Shown here: positions 24,471 to 37,910 of the stretch, in pieces
How the letters are laid out: each line of letters starts with the position of its first letter
Numbering within the stretch: the first letter of the stretch is position 1
DNA from: Octopus vulgaris
Lineage: Eukaryota
Assembly (NCBI GenBank): GCA_951406725.2
Contig: OX597830.1
Coordinates: 41,106,001 to 41,170,000 of the forward strand
Length of the DNA stretch: 64,000 nucleotides
Direction of reading: 5' to 3'
The notes under the pieces: model-generated
Databases searched by the model: none
Seen by the model: only the letters and a program-made list of their open reading frames with translations
Told to the model about the DNA's origin: nothing
Translations under genes and position numbers: made by a program

Positions 24471-25530
24471 ATAGGAAAACACATGTTTGTGTGCATACAT
24501 ATGCATATAGATGAATGCATATGCATGTATATGGGCGTGAGAAAGAAAGGCGAAACAAGGAGTGGTGGTGAGATACCTCAGCTTTGAACAAATGGTCTCT
24601 GCTGCACTCACAGAGTAGTTTTCCTACCATTCGTAACTTCAAGTGCCTGCACATTTGCATGTACACATGCACATGTGTGCACACATACATGCACATACAC
24701 ACACACACACTTATAATCATGGCTAGTGTTATCAACCTGTTATTTTCAACAAACCTTTGTTCCAATGTGATCACAATAAGTGGTTTCTAGTGTGTGTGTG
24801 TGTGCGTGCACATGAGTGTCTAAGAGCCTGCACGCGTACACACACGCACGTGCACACACACACATGCACACATATATGCACTCACACGTACGATGGGATT
24901 CCGTACAGTTTTCATCCACCGAATTTCACTCTCAAAGCTGTGTCTAACAAAGGCTATAGTAAACACCAACCCAAAGTGCCATGCAGTAAACTTGAGCTCA
25001 AAACCATGTGATTACAATGGGAACTTCTTAACTATTCAGCCTTGCTTGTAGCTTACATACATTCACACATATGCACAACTAACAATTACAGGTATATACA
25101 TACACATACATGTGCGTGTGTGTGTGTGTGTGTATTTGTGAGCATTTATGTGTTTGTGTGTGTGTGTAATTTTATTATTATTTAAATTAGTTAGCATCCA
25201 ATCTGGTACCTTGGGTTTCCTGCTAGTAGAGTGTCTATCTGCATTCTTCAGTTGTAAGGGAACTCACTGATAGCCATGGTGATAATTGGTTTGGTCTTTT
25301 TGCCAGAAACTTTTAATGAGAGAAGGTTAGCTGATTATATTGGCCTCAGTATATGACTGGTACCTACTTTATCAATCTTGAATGGATGGAGGTTAAAGTT
25401 GATCATGGTGAGATTTGAACTTAGAATATAAAGAATTAGAAGAAACATTGGAAGGCAATTCTTTTCCAATACTCCAGTGATTCTGCTAATCTATCCCTCT
25501 AATGGTAATGATGGTGATGATGATGATGCT

Positions 25531-25990
25531 GGGTGTAGGCCTGCTGTGTAGTAAGAAATATGATTCCCAACCGCAAGGTTTTGGGTTCAGTCTCACTTTG
25601 CAGCACTTGAGCAATATTTAGTTGAATGAATTGACCCCAGTACTTATTATTTTTTTGTAAAGCCTGGTACTTATTCAATCGGTTCCTTTCACTGAACCAC
25701 TAAGTTATGGGGATGTAAACACACCAATGCTGGTTGTCAGGCGGTGGTATGGGACAAACAAATACACACGGCAGGTTTCTTTAGTTTCTGTTAACCAAAT
25801 CCACTCACAAGGCTTTGGTCAGCCTGAGGCTAGAGTAGAAGACACAATATATGCACACAATGGGCTTCTCTCAGTTTCTATCCACCAAATCTACTGAGAA
25901 AATTTTGGTCATCTTGACACTATAGTAAAGACACTTGCCCAAAGTGCCATGCTGTGGGACTGAACTCAGAACCATGTGGTTGGGAATCAC
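25531..25990. mobile_element. Cluster of family B SINE fragments in both orientations
   Basis: Plus-strand head at 25531-25612, followed by minus-strand bodies. Confidence 0.75.
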
Positions 25991-26064
25991 AGTTTCATGC
26001 TTTACTCTTTAAAAGCATCAGACATGTAAATTAGAAATGTATTTTCAGTTTTCTTTTGCAAGTA

Positions 26065-26136
<72 letters not shown>

Positions 26137-26164
26137 ATGCGTTTGTGTGCGTGTGTGTTTGTAA

Positions 26165-26353
26165 AAGAACACGAGTGGAGTTTAATGATTCATGACAGCA
26201 GTTTCAGCTATGGATGGATAGTTCGATTACTATGATTACATCATGAAAATACTATCATTTGTAGTAATCAAACTATTCATCTCTGAAACAAATAAAAATA
26301 AAAATTGCTGCTGAAACAGCTGTTGTGACTCTTTAAACTCCACTTGTGTTCTT
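26165..26353. repeat. Nested foldback carrying hammerhead 3' half motifs
   Basis: Outer arms AAGAACACGAGTGGAGTTTAA...GTTTCAGC and GCTGAAACAGCTGTT...TTAAACTCCACTTGTGTTCTT; inner arms GATGGATAGTTCGATTACTA and TAGTAATCAAACTATTCATC. Confidence 0.85.
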
Positions 26354-26458
26354 CTTTTATGCAAATGTCATATCTGGAACCATCTCTATGTTGCATTCAT
26401 ATTTTTCATTCGATTAGGAAGCTGCATGTGTGTGTGTGTGTGTGTGTGTATGTGTGTG

Positions 26459-26501
<43 letters not shown>

Positions 26502-26604
26502 GTAGCTGGATGTATCTGTATGATATTTCTGTGTGCCGGTAAAACTCAATCCTTTCCCAGCATCCTGAATGTTAAAATACCTAACGAATCCTACAACAGA
26601 CTAA

Positions 26605-26640
<36 letters not shown>

Positions 26641-26644
<4 letters not shown>

Positions 26645-26973
26645 AAATAAGCAACAGGATATCCAGAGGTAATGCAGTACGATCGTTTCAAGCAACTCCA
26701 TTTAATTGAACAATGCAACCATTACATCAATTTAGCTTCTAAGCTGAAATGAAGTCAGCCTGTTCTTTGTCTATCTCCTTACCTTCTTGGAGGTTTTAGG
26801 TAAAATTATACTAATGTGTCCATCTGTTTTAATTTAATTTAACTCTGTGTATTTATGCAGCTGAGGATTGCTCTGCATTTAAATTGATGTAATGGTTGCA
26901 CTGTTCAATTAAATAGAGTTGCTTGAAATGATTGTACTGCATTACCTCTGGATATCCTGTTGCTTATTTTGAT
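26641..26973. repeat. Inverted repeat with 94-bp arms (26641-26734 and 26880-26973), PLE pLTR-like, between (TA)n tracts
   Basis: Arms differ at about 4 positions, two of them CpG transitions. Confidence 0.92.
26855..26942 (+). ncRNA. Hammerhead motif with a long stem II insertion
   Basis: ATGCAG-CTGAGGA-(57 nt)-GAAATGATTGTA-CTGCAT; 6-bp helix I; the inverted arm keeps the intact GAAACGATCGTA. Confidence 0.55.
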
Positions 26974-27067
26974 TTTAGTCACCTTATTTTGAAACTGTAT
27001 GGATAATACCATACTAAATTCTGGTGCCTCTACTTAAGTACCTAATTCATTTGAATCTAGATTTTTG

Positions 27068-27126
<59 letters not shown>

Positions 27127-27851
27127 GTATATATCCACACACACATATGTGACCTCTGTGTGTGAGTGTGTGTGTAAAACAAGACCTGCAATTGTTTTTT
27201 GTTGTTGTAGATTTTAATCTCTTGCAATAGTAGTAAGATAAACAAGATACTTGTGTTTAAGGTGGGGATGGGTCACCTTAGAAATGGTATTTATTAAACA
27301 TCAGTTACGTTTGACTGTCTAAAATAGAAATCTGTATTATTCCAATAAAAATAGAAATAAAAATAAAGAAGCTCTTCAATACTTTGTCTTTTTATTCATC
27401 TTTTCTTTTTCTTTGGTGTAAACAATAAGTGTTTTGTGGTTAAAACTATAAACTATAAAGCAGATGGGGGTGAGAGCGAGAGGGCACATCACCAGCTGTC
27501 CAAATAAATAATAGTAAATAAGTATAAGGCTAAGACTATATTTGAGAGTCTTGAAACTGATTAAGGAACAAAGAAGTTACTGAAGCTGAAGAGTGAAAGA
27601 GACGTGGTGGGGGGAAGGAAACCCGTGAATGAAAGACTATTTGAATGAGGGTGGTGGATCTAATGTTGATTAAACATCAATAACAATAATTTAGATAATG
27701 TACATGACACATACATAAGTTTTTCGTGTATAGAATAAGTGAGGCTATAATATCAAAACATGTGTTTTCTCCTGTTTTTAAAAGAGCAGAATATGATTTG
27801 AAAGAGATTAGAGTGCCAATTCTAGCAGGTCAAGTTACTGTATAAAGGACC

Positions 27852-27875
27852 CCCTAACCCTAACCCTAACCCTGA
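27852..27875 (-). repeat. Short interstitial telomere-type repeat, (CCCTAA)3 plus CCCTGA
   Basis: Directly visible. Confidence 0.8.
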
Positions 27876-28308
27876 ACTTAACCCTTTTCTTTGGTTCACT
27901 GTTTAATGTGTATTGGAGCAGGAATCTAACAATGAGACTTGACTGGGTTGAAAAGTTTTGTGCTGTTTTTATTATTTTCTTTTAGTTGTCATTTATCATG
28001 GAGAACATGCATAGCTTTGTCCAATGGCTTACTGGATAAAAACCACCTGAGCATCATCATCATCATTCCACATTCATGTTTTTTTTTTTTCCCATGCTTG
28101 CATGGGTCAGACAGAACTTGTTGAGGCAGATTTTCTACAACCGGATGTTCTCCCTATCACCAACCCTCACTTGTTTCCAAACAAGGAAATACTTCCTCGT
28201 GACCTGGCGTGTCTTTCACAGAAGACTGGAAACAAACATCATCGCATATATGATGGTGATGCTTGTTTACTCCCATCAAATGATGCCAGGACAAGAGTAC
28301 ACCACACA

Positions 28309-28383
<75 letters not shown>

Positions 28384-29373
28384 CACACACATACATACAC
28401 ACAGTCCACTCTGCTAGGTGTTTGGTGATAGGAAGGGCATCCAACCGTAAAAACTGTGCCAAGACAGACACACCAGTCTGATGCAGTCTTCTGCCTGACC
28501 AGCTCCTATCAAACCATCCAACCCATGCCAGCATAGAAGGCAGATGTTAAATAACAACAATGATGTTGATGATGATGATGATGACAACACACACACACAT
28601 GATGTTTCTGTCTATCAAGTCCACTTTGGTTGACCCGTGGTGATAGTAGAAGACAATTTCCCATGGTGCCACTCACTGGTATTGAACTGACGGCTTCATG
28701 GTTGAGAAGCAAGCTTCTTAACCATGCAGCCATACCTGCACCTAACATATATATTGAGTGTTTCTATGTCAGTGTAAAGAACCACCATGTTGTTATTCTG
28801 CTGTGATAGAATGGTAATGTGGAGAAAAAAAAAATGAACCTTAGTGGATTAAATCTTATGGAAATTGCTTTACTAACAACATATATTTTTAGGAAAGGCA
28901 TGAAATGTTTCAATTTCCTGCTTTCGGGCAAGCATTTAGTATTTAATTAAAAGGCACATTTCCCAAAGAGAGAAGAACAAGAGGGTTGATTCCAAACAAA
29001 CTACAAGACCTTTATTCTCAGTTGGATCTATTTGACTTCAATGATACTGTGTAATTCTTTTATGAAAGATTTCAATACCACAACTTTCCAACAAATTTTC
29101 ATAATATAGATTGTGTCTTTATGCCTAGTTAAACAAAACACACCTTTATAAATACCTAGAGTAATATGTGTTAATCAATCAATCACAGCTGGTTAATCAT
29201 TAGAGTGGTAGAATACCTACAATCTGTGTTGTGTTCCAGTTTATACAGATGTAAATAAGTACCATGTCTGTATGAATAAGCACAACTCCCTATTGAAAGC
29301 GTTAGCAGATTTGTAGAATTAACAAGCATTTCATTGCCCTGTCGTGCTGAGCCTGCTACAATAAATAAGGATA

Positions 29374-29580
29374 CCAAATTTTGGCACAAGGCTAGTAATT
29401 TCAGGGGACAGAGAGTAAGTTGATTACATTGACCCCAGTATGCAACTGGTACTTATTTTATCAACGCCCCAAAAGGGTGAAAGTCAAAGATGACCTCGGT
29501 GGAATTTGAACTCAGAACGTAAAGATGAACGAAATGCCACTGTTTTGTCAGGCATGCTGACAATTCTGACAGCTTGCCAT
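29374..29580 (-). mobile_element. Family A SINE
   Basis: Full reverse-complement match to family A. Confidence 0.85.
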
Positions 29581-29761
29581 CTTCTGTTGCAATAAACAAC
29601 ATAATGGAAGAAAATCAAAATATTCCTAATTCTTTGAAAGTTCTAAATCTTGAAAATTGTTCTGCAAAAGATTCCCAGGGTTTGAATAATAAAATCATCT
29701 TCCTTTCATCCTTACCATTTCTGAAGAAGTGCATTTCCATTGGTATCATTACCAGTTTATC

Positions 29762-30572
29762 TTTGTACTTATTTCAGTCATTAGACCGTGGCCATGCTAG
29801 AGCACCACCTGGAAGAATTTTAGTTGATTAAATCAACCACCAGTATTAATTTTCCAAAGTTTGGTACTTATTCTGTTGGTCTCTATTGCCAAACTGCTAA
29901 GTTACGGGTATGTAAACACACCAACATCAGTTATCAAGCTGTAGTGGGGTGGGGGTCAAACAAAGGCACACACACACGCACACATGTATCTATATGTATT
30001 TTACTTTTATTCTTTTACTTGTTTCAGTCATTTGACTGTGGTCATGCTGGAGCACTGCCTTTAGTTGAACAAATTGACCCCAGGACTTATTATTTGTAAG
30101 CCTAGTACTTATTCCATCGGTCTCTTTTGCCAAACTGCTAAGTTACGGCAACATTAACACACCAACGTTGGTTGTCAAGCGATGATGGTGGGGAGACAAA
30201 CACAGACACACACAGAAATATATTTATATATATGACAGGCTTCTTTCAGTTTCCATCTACGAAATTCACTTGCAAGGGTTTGGGCAGCCCGAGGCTATAG
30301 TAGAAGATGCTGGCCCAAAGTACCATGCAGTGAGACTGTACTCAAAACCATGTGTTTGAGAAGCAAGCTTCTTACCACACACCCACTCCTGCACCTATGT
30401 AATATATGTGTATGTGTATGGTGGGCTTCTTTCAGTTTCCGTCTACCAAATCCACTCACAAAACATGAGGCTATGGTAGAAGACACTCGCCTAAGGTTCC
30501 ACACTGTGAAACTGAACCCAGAACCATGTGGTTGGGAAGCAAGCTTCTTACCACACAGCCTCTCCTACGCCT
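29762..30572 (-). mobile_element. Three stacked family B SINE copies or fragments
   Basis: Tail module at 29762 and 30010; head module at 30235-30395 and 30420-30572. Confidence 0.85.
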
Positions 30573-30871
30573 GTGGTTGTTAACTTCATTGATATAAATT
30601 CCATCCGTCCTATGTTTTTGAATGGTAGGCATGTTCTCTGATCAACACCAATTCATGTGGTCATGTATGTGCATCCATATGTGGCTACTCTGGCTACTCC
30701 AGCTACTATGTCTGTAGTAACTGACCTGTTTGGTATGCCTGAAATTTACCAGGCAGAAAAACTGCACAAATAACTCTAATACATTCATAATCATATGTTC
30801 CAGATAAATTGATTGATAGATATATACATATACACACACATGCATGTGTGTCCCCACTCTCTCACATTGTG

Positions 30872-30906
<35 letters not shown>

Positions 30907-33045
30907 ATGTGTGTATAAATATGTATATATACACACACATATCCACACACCCATTTGAAAAATTGTTTGCATTTTTTTTTTTGTATTTAGTCTTGATGTT
31001 TTTTTAGAAAAATCTTATATTGCATCAGGAATCTGCAAAACTCATAATTTGAATTTCAATAAAACACACACACACACACACACATGCACACACACACACA
31101 CAACAAGGGGGTTAAAAAAAAAAGAAGGATCTTATTGGTGGCAATTTTGACACTTCAAAGCCTTGTAATAAATTTTTTTCCCCCTTTAAATTGAACAGTG
31201 TAGAAAAAATTCCACTTAAATGTTCAATTTGAGAAGAAGAAGAGAAACAAACAAAAGCTACCATTTTATTAGGGCTGATTTTCATTGGGGGTACCACCAA
31301 TGCTGTGAAAAGAAAAAGCTGCAAAGCAAAACTGGTGAGAAGGAAAGAGAAGGGGATTCTTCTTATTGGCAGTTTTGTTCTGCTCCTCCCATTGCTCTTT
31401 TATGTTGCTGACTGAATGTAAATAATTTCATTAAACCATTTTTTTTACACAATGAAATATTTTCTTCTCAATACTTTCCACCCATTAAACCTTTGCCGGG
31501 TTTCATCCACCCTCCAGTCTTACCCCTTTTCTACAGCAGTTTCATTCTGTTTTCATTTGAAAGAAAGGCAGAAGATCATTTACAGGAGGCTAACAGGGTG
31601 GGGATTTTAAAAATATGTGGTGAGATGGACAACTGTCCTGGGGTGAGATTGCGGAGACAGACTGAATTAACTTAATGTATTAGGTGAAGGTGTGTGTCCT
31701 AGTGGTCAGGGTGTTGCACTTGTGATTGCAGGATTGTGGTTTCAATTCTCAGACTGGCAGTGTGTTGTGTTCTTGAACAAAACATTTCATTTTATGTTGC
31801 TTCTGTCCACTTAGCTGTAAACGGGTCACCCTACGCTGGACTGGCATTTTGTTCCGGGGTTGGGGAGGATGTTGGTGACTTCACCTCATCAGCAGGGTGG
31901 CATCATTCAAAAGCTACTGCAGTGCAAGAAAGAGCATTGTGACCAGTGATGTATAAGAATACCTGCTAGTCTGGGTGATATAGCAATTTGGTGCAAGTAT
32001 AGCCATATGGTTAAGATGTTTGGTTTCTAATCCTATGGCTTCAGGTTCAATCTCACAGCAACTTTGGCTAGTGTCTTCTGTTCTTGCCCCTGGTTGACCA
32101 ATGCCTTGTGAATGGAATTTAGTCAACAGAAACTATCCAGAAGTCCATTATGTATTTGTGTGTGTGTCTACGTGTGCTGATGTAATAAGTTACGTGAAGA
32201 CAAACTATTACATGAAAACAGCAACCTAACTGTTTGATAAATGGAGATTGATAAAATAAATACTGGAGTTGACATGGAATCCAATAATATACACACATGC
32301 ACAAACATACACATATATGCATACACAAGCATATACACAAAAATCATACATGCATATCTTTCTAAGCTTGTGTTAGGATTGATCTTGGAGTACCTTCATA
32401 TGTAATATTGGATTTTCCCTGCTTTTATCTACCACACCACATATTAACTGATCTCAGCAATGCAGACATGTAATTATAATTCTTTTGTTGGTGTAATTAA
32501 ACTTGTCTTTGATAGTAATTGTCTTGATTCTACAAAACTGTTGACACAGATTTATTTTCTAATAAACAGTGCATAGCAGCCAGGGACTGAAATAATTTCA
32601 AAAACCACCAGCTCAATATGTACTGGAGTTTTTATTTATTTTCAATATTTGTTATCTCTTACATCTCATCAGAATAGCTTTGAAGGTCTGGAGACATCTT
32701 AAATAAGGGGAAAAAATATAAATAAAATAAAATAAAAAAAAACCCTCATTTTTTTTGTTTTTGTTTTCCATGCTACTAGTAACTTTTAATATCACCATCA
32801 GTTAATGATAGATCTTTTGATCAAGTTATCCTGTATGTTTGATGAATTTATCTACAAATTGTTGCTGAATTTAATTTGTAATTTGGAAATTTATGAAACG
32901 TTAATGTTGACTGAATTAATGAATAAATAACAGTCATTTACACTGAGCTCGCTTTAATGTGGCACTGATAGAATTAGAATATGGTAAACAAAGATAGATA
33001 AAGCTCTTCTCTTTTTCTGCAAACCCAAAGGAAGACTTGAATATG

Positions 33046-33275
33046 TATTTCTTTATTGCCCACAAGGGGCTAAACATAGAGAGGACAAACAAGGACAGAC
33101 AAAGGGATTAAGTCAATTACACCGACCCAGTGCGAAACTGGTACTTTTATTTATCGACCCCGAAAGGATGAAAGGCAAAGTCGACCTCGGCAGAATTTGA
33201 ACTCAGAACGTAACGACAGACGAAATACCGCGAAGCATTCAGCCCGGCGTGCTAATGTGTCTGCCAGATTGCCGC
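33046..33275 (-). mobile_element. Young family A SINE with an alternative tail and perfect 10-bp TSD
   Basis: CTTGAATATG at 33036-33045 and 33276-33285; many intact CpGs; tail ...TTTAGCCCCTTGTGGGCAATAAAGAAATA. Confidence 0.93.
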
Positions 33276-33583
33276 CTTGAATATGGTGAAAGAAGCTGAA
33301 AGGCTCTCATTAAATATACACAGTGCCTCATTGTCAGTGAACCCAATGCAGAGAAGCAATGAATTACTAATGATGTTTTATTTACAATTGCATCAGTTCA
33401 ACCAGAAACAGTTAAGTATGTTTGGGCAATGATGGTGGCTAGCTATAAAATACATCAACCCTACTTGTCAGAAGTCAACACAACCTATCAACTCTACCAT
33501 TGATTATATTATAATGAAACTAATGAGGCTGATGCTATAGATGAGCTGCCTTGATTATGAGTTCCACGAAGCAACTGCTACAT

Positions 33584-33730
33584 CAGTCATGGGCAAACTG
33601 TGACCCACAGGACTTTTTGAATGGCACATCTAATGAGAAATTAGCTGGAAGATCTTTTAGTAGTGTGGCCTGCTTGACTATGAATTATGTCTCATGCTGC
33701 CAGCTTCTCAAAAATGGTTGCCCACACCTG
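33584..33730. mobile_element. hAT-type MITE
   Basis: Ends CAGTCATGGGCAAAC and GGTTGCCCACACCTG; flanks TGCTACAT and CTGTACAT. Confidence 0.65.
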
Positions 33731-35169
33731 CTGTACATCATCCTACAATTTGCTAGAGATAATAGGTAAATATTCCTCGAACAATACTTTGCCATCTGGC
33801 AAAAGCAAAAAACCAAACAAAAAAAAACAGAAAAAGTACACATCAAAAAATGTAGTCCAACACACACTATATCTGAGTAAAAGACAGGATGGTCATAACT
33901 AGACTCCCATACATCTTAGGTCTGCTCTTCAGTGTTGACCTGTAACTGAACAGTAATATGATAAAATAATATTTATAAAGTGGTACAATTGTTTCAAAGT
34001 CTGACTCTGTTTGTTGTTCTGAAGTATTTTAAAAATATTCTGTGACTAATAATCTTATGAAAACCATGTAAATTGTTAGAATTCCTTTCATAATTCATAG
34101 TTTGTATTTAGATCATATCTCTACTGTAGATATGTAGAGCGCATGGTTGATTAAGTTGATAGCATACCAGACAACTAGCTTGAAGGTCATCAGTTCATAT
34201 TCTACCATTAGTACTTCTGCATTGTGTCCTTTGCCTAAACACTCAACTCACAATTTTGGGTTTATCCAGCTCTAATTAATTACCATGAATAGAATAATTT
34301 TTCATACTAGTACAGTACTAACATTTCTGAATTGTTTAATAATACTTGCTCATAATGGCAAGTTCAATTCCTTCCTCAAAATAACCTGCTTGCAATCAGC
34401 TATATCTTATTGAGGCAGAGATTTTCTTCTCATTTGCTTAACAAATTTTTCTGGCATACAAGTCAAAATATTTGACCAAAATTTACAGTCAAAAAAGGCA
34501 GGTTGACAACTTTAGAGGACCAAAAATTACCCATAAAATGCAAAAGGATTTGGAAAGATGACATCTGGTTGTTTACACTACATACTATGTCATCTTGTAT
34601 ACCAGAAAATCTGGCCATAGTGCAGAAACATAGAGCACCAGTTTTTTTATTTTTTGTGGTTCAAAAATGATCAGCCCTCAGCTACAGCCATGTATAGATA
34701 AGTTGAAATGAAAACTTTTATCTACTCTCCTAAGGGTATTGTGATAACTGTGAAAATTTCATCACAATGAAACATGTTGATAAAAGTCAACCTCGTGATA
34801 CCCAGATTATCCTTCTGTTAACACACACACACTCTCTCTCTCTCTCTCTCTCACACACACGTTCTAAGACATGGATTTGGTTGCTACTCAAGTTGTTGAA
34901 TGCTCTGCAAAGGATAAAGCTTCACCAGCCTCCAAATCTTCAATTTAAATACGTTACGAATAAACTCTTCACTATGTATTGAACACTATCTTCCCCTTTT
35001 ATTTACAAACTGCAACATGTGTGTGAGTGAAAGAAAGTGTGTATGAGTGTGTGAGAGAGGGGGAGATACAAATCTAGGAACTGGATCAAGAGCTTGGATC
35101 ACCATGGTATATCAATGTTCTATATGACCTACGCATTCTTGATGTAGTTTAAAGATATTATTTCTGTTT

Positions 35170-35640
<471 letters not shown>

Positions 35641-36275
35641 ATTTTAAAGAAAATAATTTATGACAAAATATATAACCAAATCTTCTTTGTGAAATCCTGA
35701 AATTCTACTAAGGCAAATTGAATGAAATATACAAATATATTGGATATTAAAAAAGATTTTTTCTTTTTTGTTTTTTTGCTCAAGAATTCGTTAAAAATCA
35801 ACACAGAATAACAATCAAAAGTATCTCATAATGAAATAAGAGATTACATTCAAAGATGTCAGCATTGTAAATTAAATGAAACCAGACATTATTTGTGGTT
35901 CCTCAATCTTTGATCAAATTTATATATATGTCTGTATATATATATATGTATATGTATGTATATGTATGTATATCTTTGTAAATAGTGATCATCATAACAA
36001 AGGGATTAAAATATAAAATGAAATGAGATCAAGCTAACTATAATTGAAATAAATATAAATTAGACGGAAAGATGGAAAGACAAAAAGGCAAAAAGAAAAA
36101 AGGAAAAAGGAAAAAGGAAAAGAAAATGAATAAATGAAAATCAAATAAATAAAAATGGAAAATTCTAGAACAGATTACAGAAGAAAGTTAACTTTAAAGG
36201 CAGGATGGAAGTTGGAGATGACATTCAAACATACATCAACATTAACACACACACACACATGTAGATATGTATGTG

Positions 36276-36322
<47 letters not shown>

Positions 36323-36424
36323 AGATATATATGAATGTGTATATATGTGTATGTATGTATATATATATGTATGTGTGTGTATGTATACATGTGTGTATGT
36401 ATGAATGTATGTATCTATCTATCT

Positions 36425-36463
<39 letters not shown>

Positions 36464-36546
36464 GATGACAAGTGGTTACATGAATATCTTCATCTCTCAT
36501 ACCTCCTGACTTTTTATGGCTTGTGTGTGTACGTATAGATACATAC

Positions 36547-36591
<45 letters not shown>

Positions 36592-37269
36592 AGCACACAA
36601 ATGAAATGTTTGAAAATTTTCATTTAGCATTTATATAAAGACATGAATAAAATCTTATTTTCATTTCAAAATATACATCCATAAAGAAAATAGAATAAGA
36701 CGAATAGAAGATAAAAAAGAAAAAGAAAAAAAAGAAGAAATTGTTTTGGGGAGGTCATTTGAAGATAAGTTTCAGAGATGTACTTGGTTGGCAAGTGTCT
36801 TGGAGATGAGTGTCACTTATATTAAACTAAAAAGAAGATGAAAAGAATTTTAAAATGGAAACAAAAATTATTGCAAAAGACAAACAAACCCCAGAATGAA
36901 ATGAAATAAAACAAAAGAAAAGAACAAAAATATTTAATGAATTGAAATTGGAGAAAACACTTGATAACAATAATTCTGTGGTTCAGCCAGAGAAGAGAAT
37001 TCAGTAAGGTAACTTGAGGGGAAAATGGAAGACAAAAAAAAAAAAGAAAAGAAAAGAAGAGCAATAAATACAAAAAAAAAAAAACCCAAAAAACAAAATG
37101 CCACATTGACCTCTATTTTGTATAAAATTTTCAAAACTAATTTTATTCTTGTTGTTTCAGTTATACACAATCAAAGATTTTGGAATTCAGCTGCTTTGTG
37201 TGTATGTATGTTTTGTGTGTGTGTGTACGTACACCTACATATATATATATATCGGCAAATATCTATATG

Positions 37270-37320
<51 letters not shown>

Positions 37321-37334
37321 CAGATATAGGAAAA

Positions 37335-37393
<59 letters not shown>

Positions 37394-37873
37394 ATTTGAT
37401 AATAAAAGAAAATACTGAGGGTTTCATTTTCTTCTTTTGTGTTACTGAATTTTTTTTCCATTTATTTAGATTTCAGAATTTCTTCTCTCAGCATTGTAAT
37501 GAAAATATTGGCATATTTTCGTTAAATTCTTATCAGTGTTTACAACAACTGAATACTTCAAAATAAAAATTCAAATTGATTTTTAGGAATGTGTATCTAG
37601 TAATAAGATATATATACATGTCTGGTTGTGTGTGTGTGTGTGTGTGTGTTTGTATGTATTGCTCTTGAAATCTTCAGCTCTTTGTTATCAAAAATTTTTT
37701 TAAGGAGTCTAAATTGAAAGGAAATATTTGGTTTAACAAAAATTATAGGGCATAATAGAATTTGTTCTAACCCTCCTTTCATTTTACTTTTTCATTTACC
37801 ATATAAAGAACACTGATAGATAAAAAGAGCAGAAGAAAGCAAGAAAGTTACATGAAGAGAAAATATACTCATG

Positions 37874-37910
<37 letters not shown>

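Noticed and set aside
27852-27875. Chromosome fusion or telomere-healing site
   Set aside because: Only about 4 units in one orientation.
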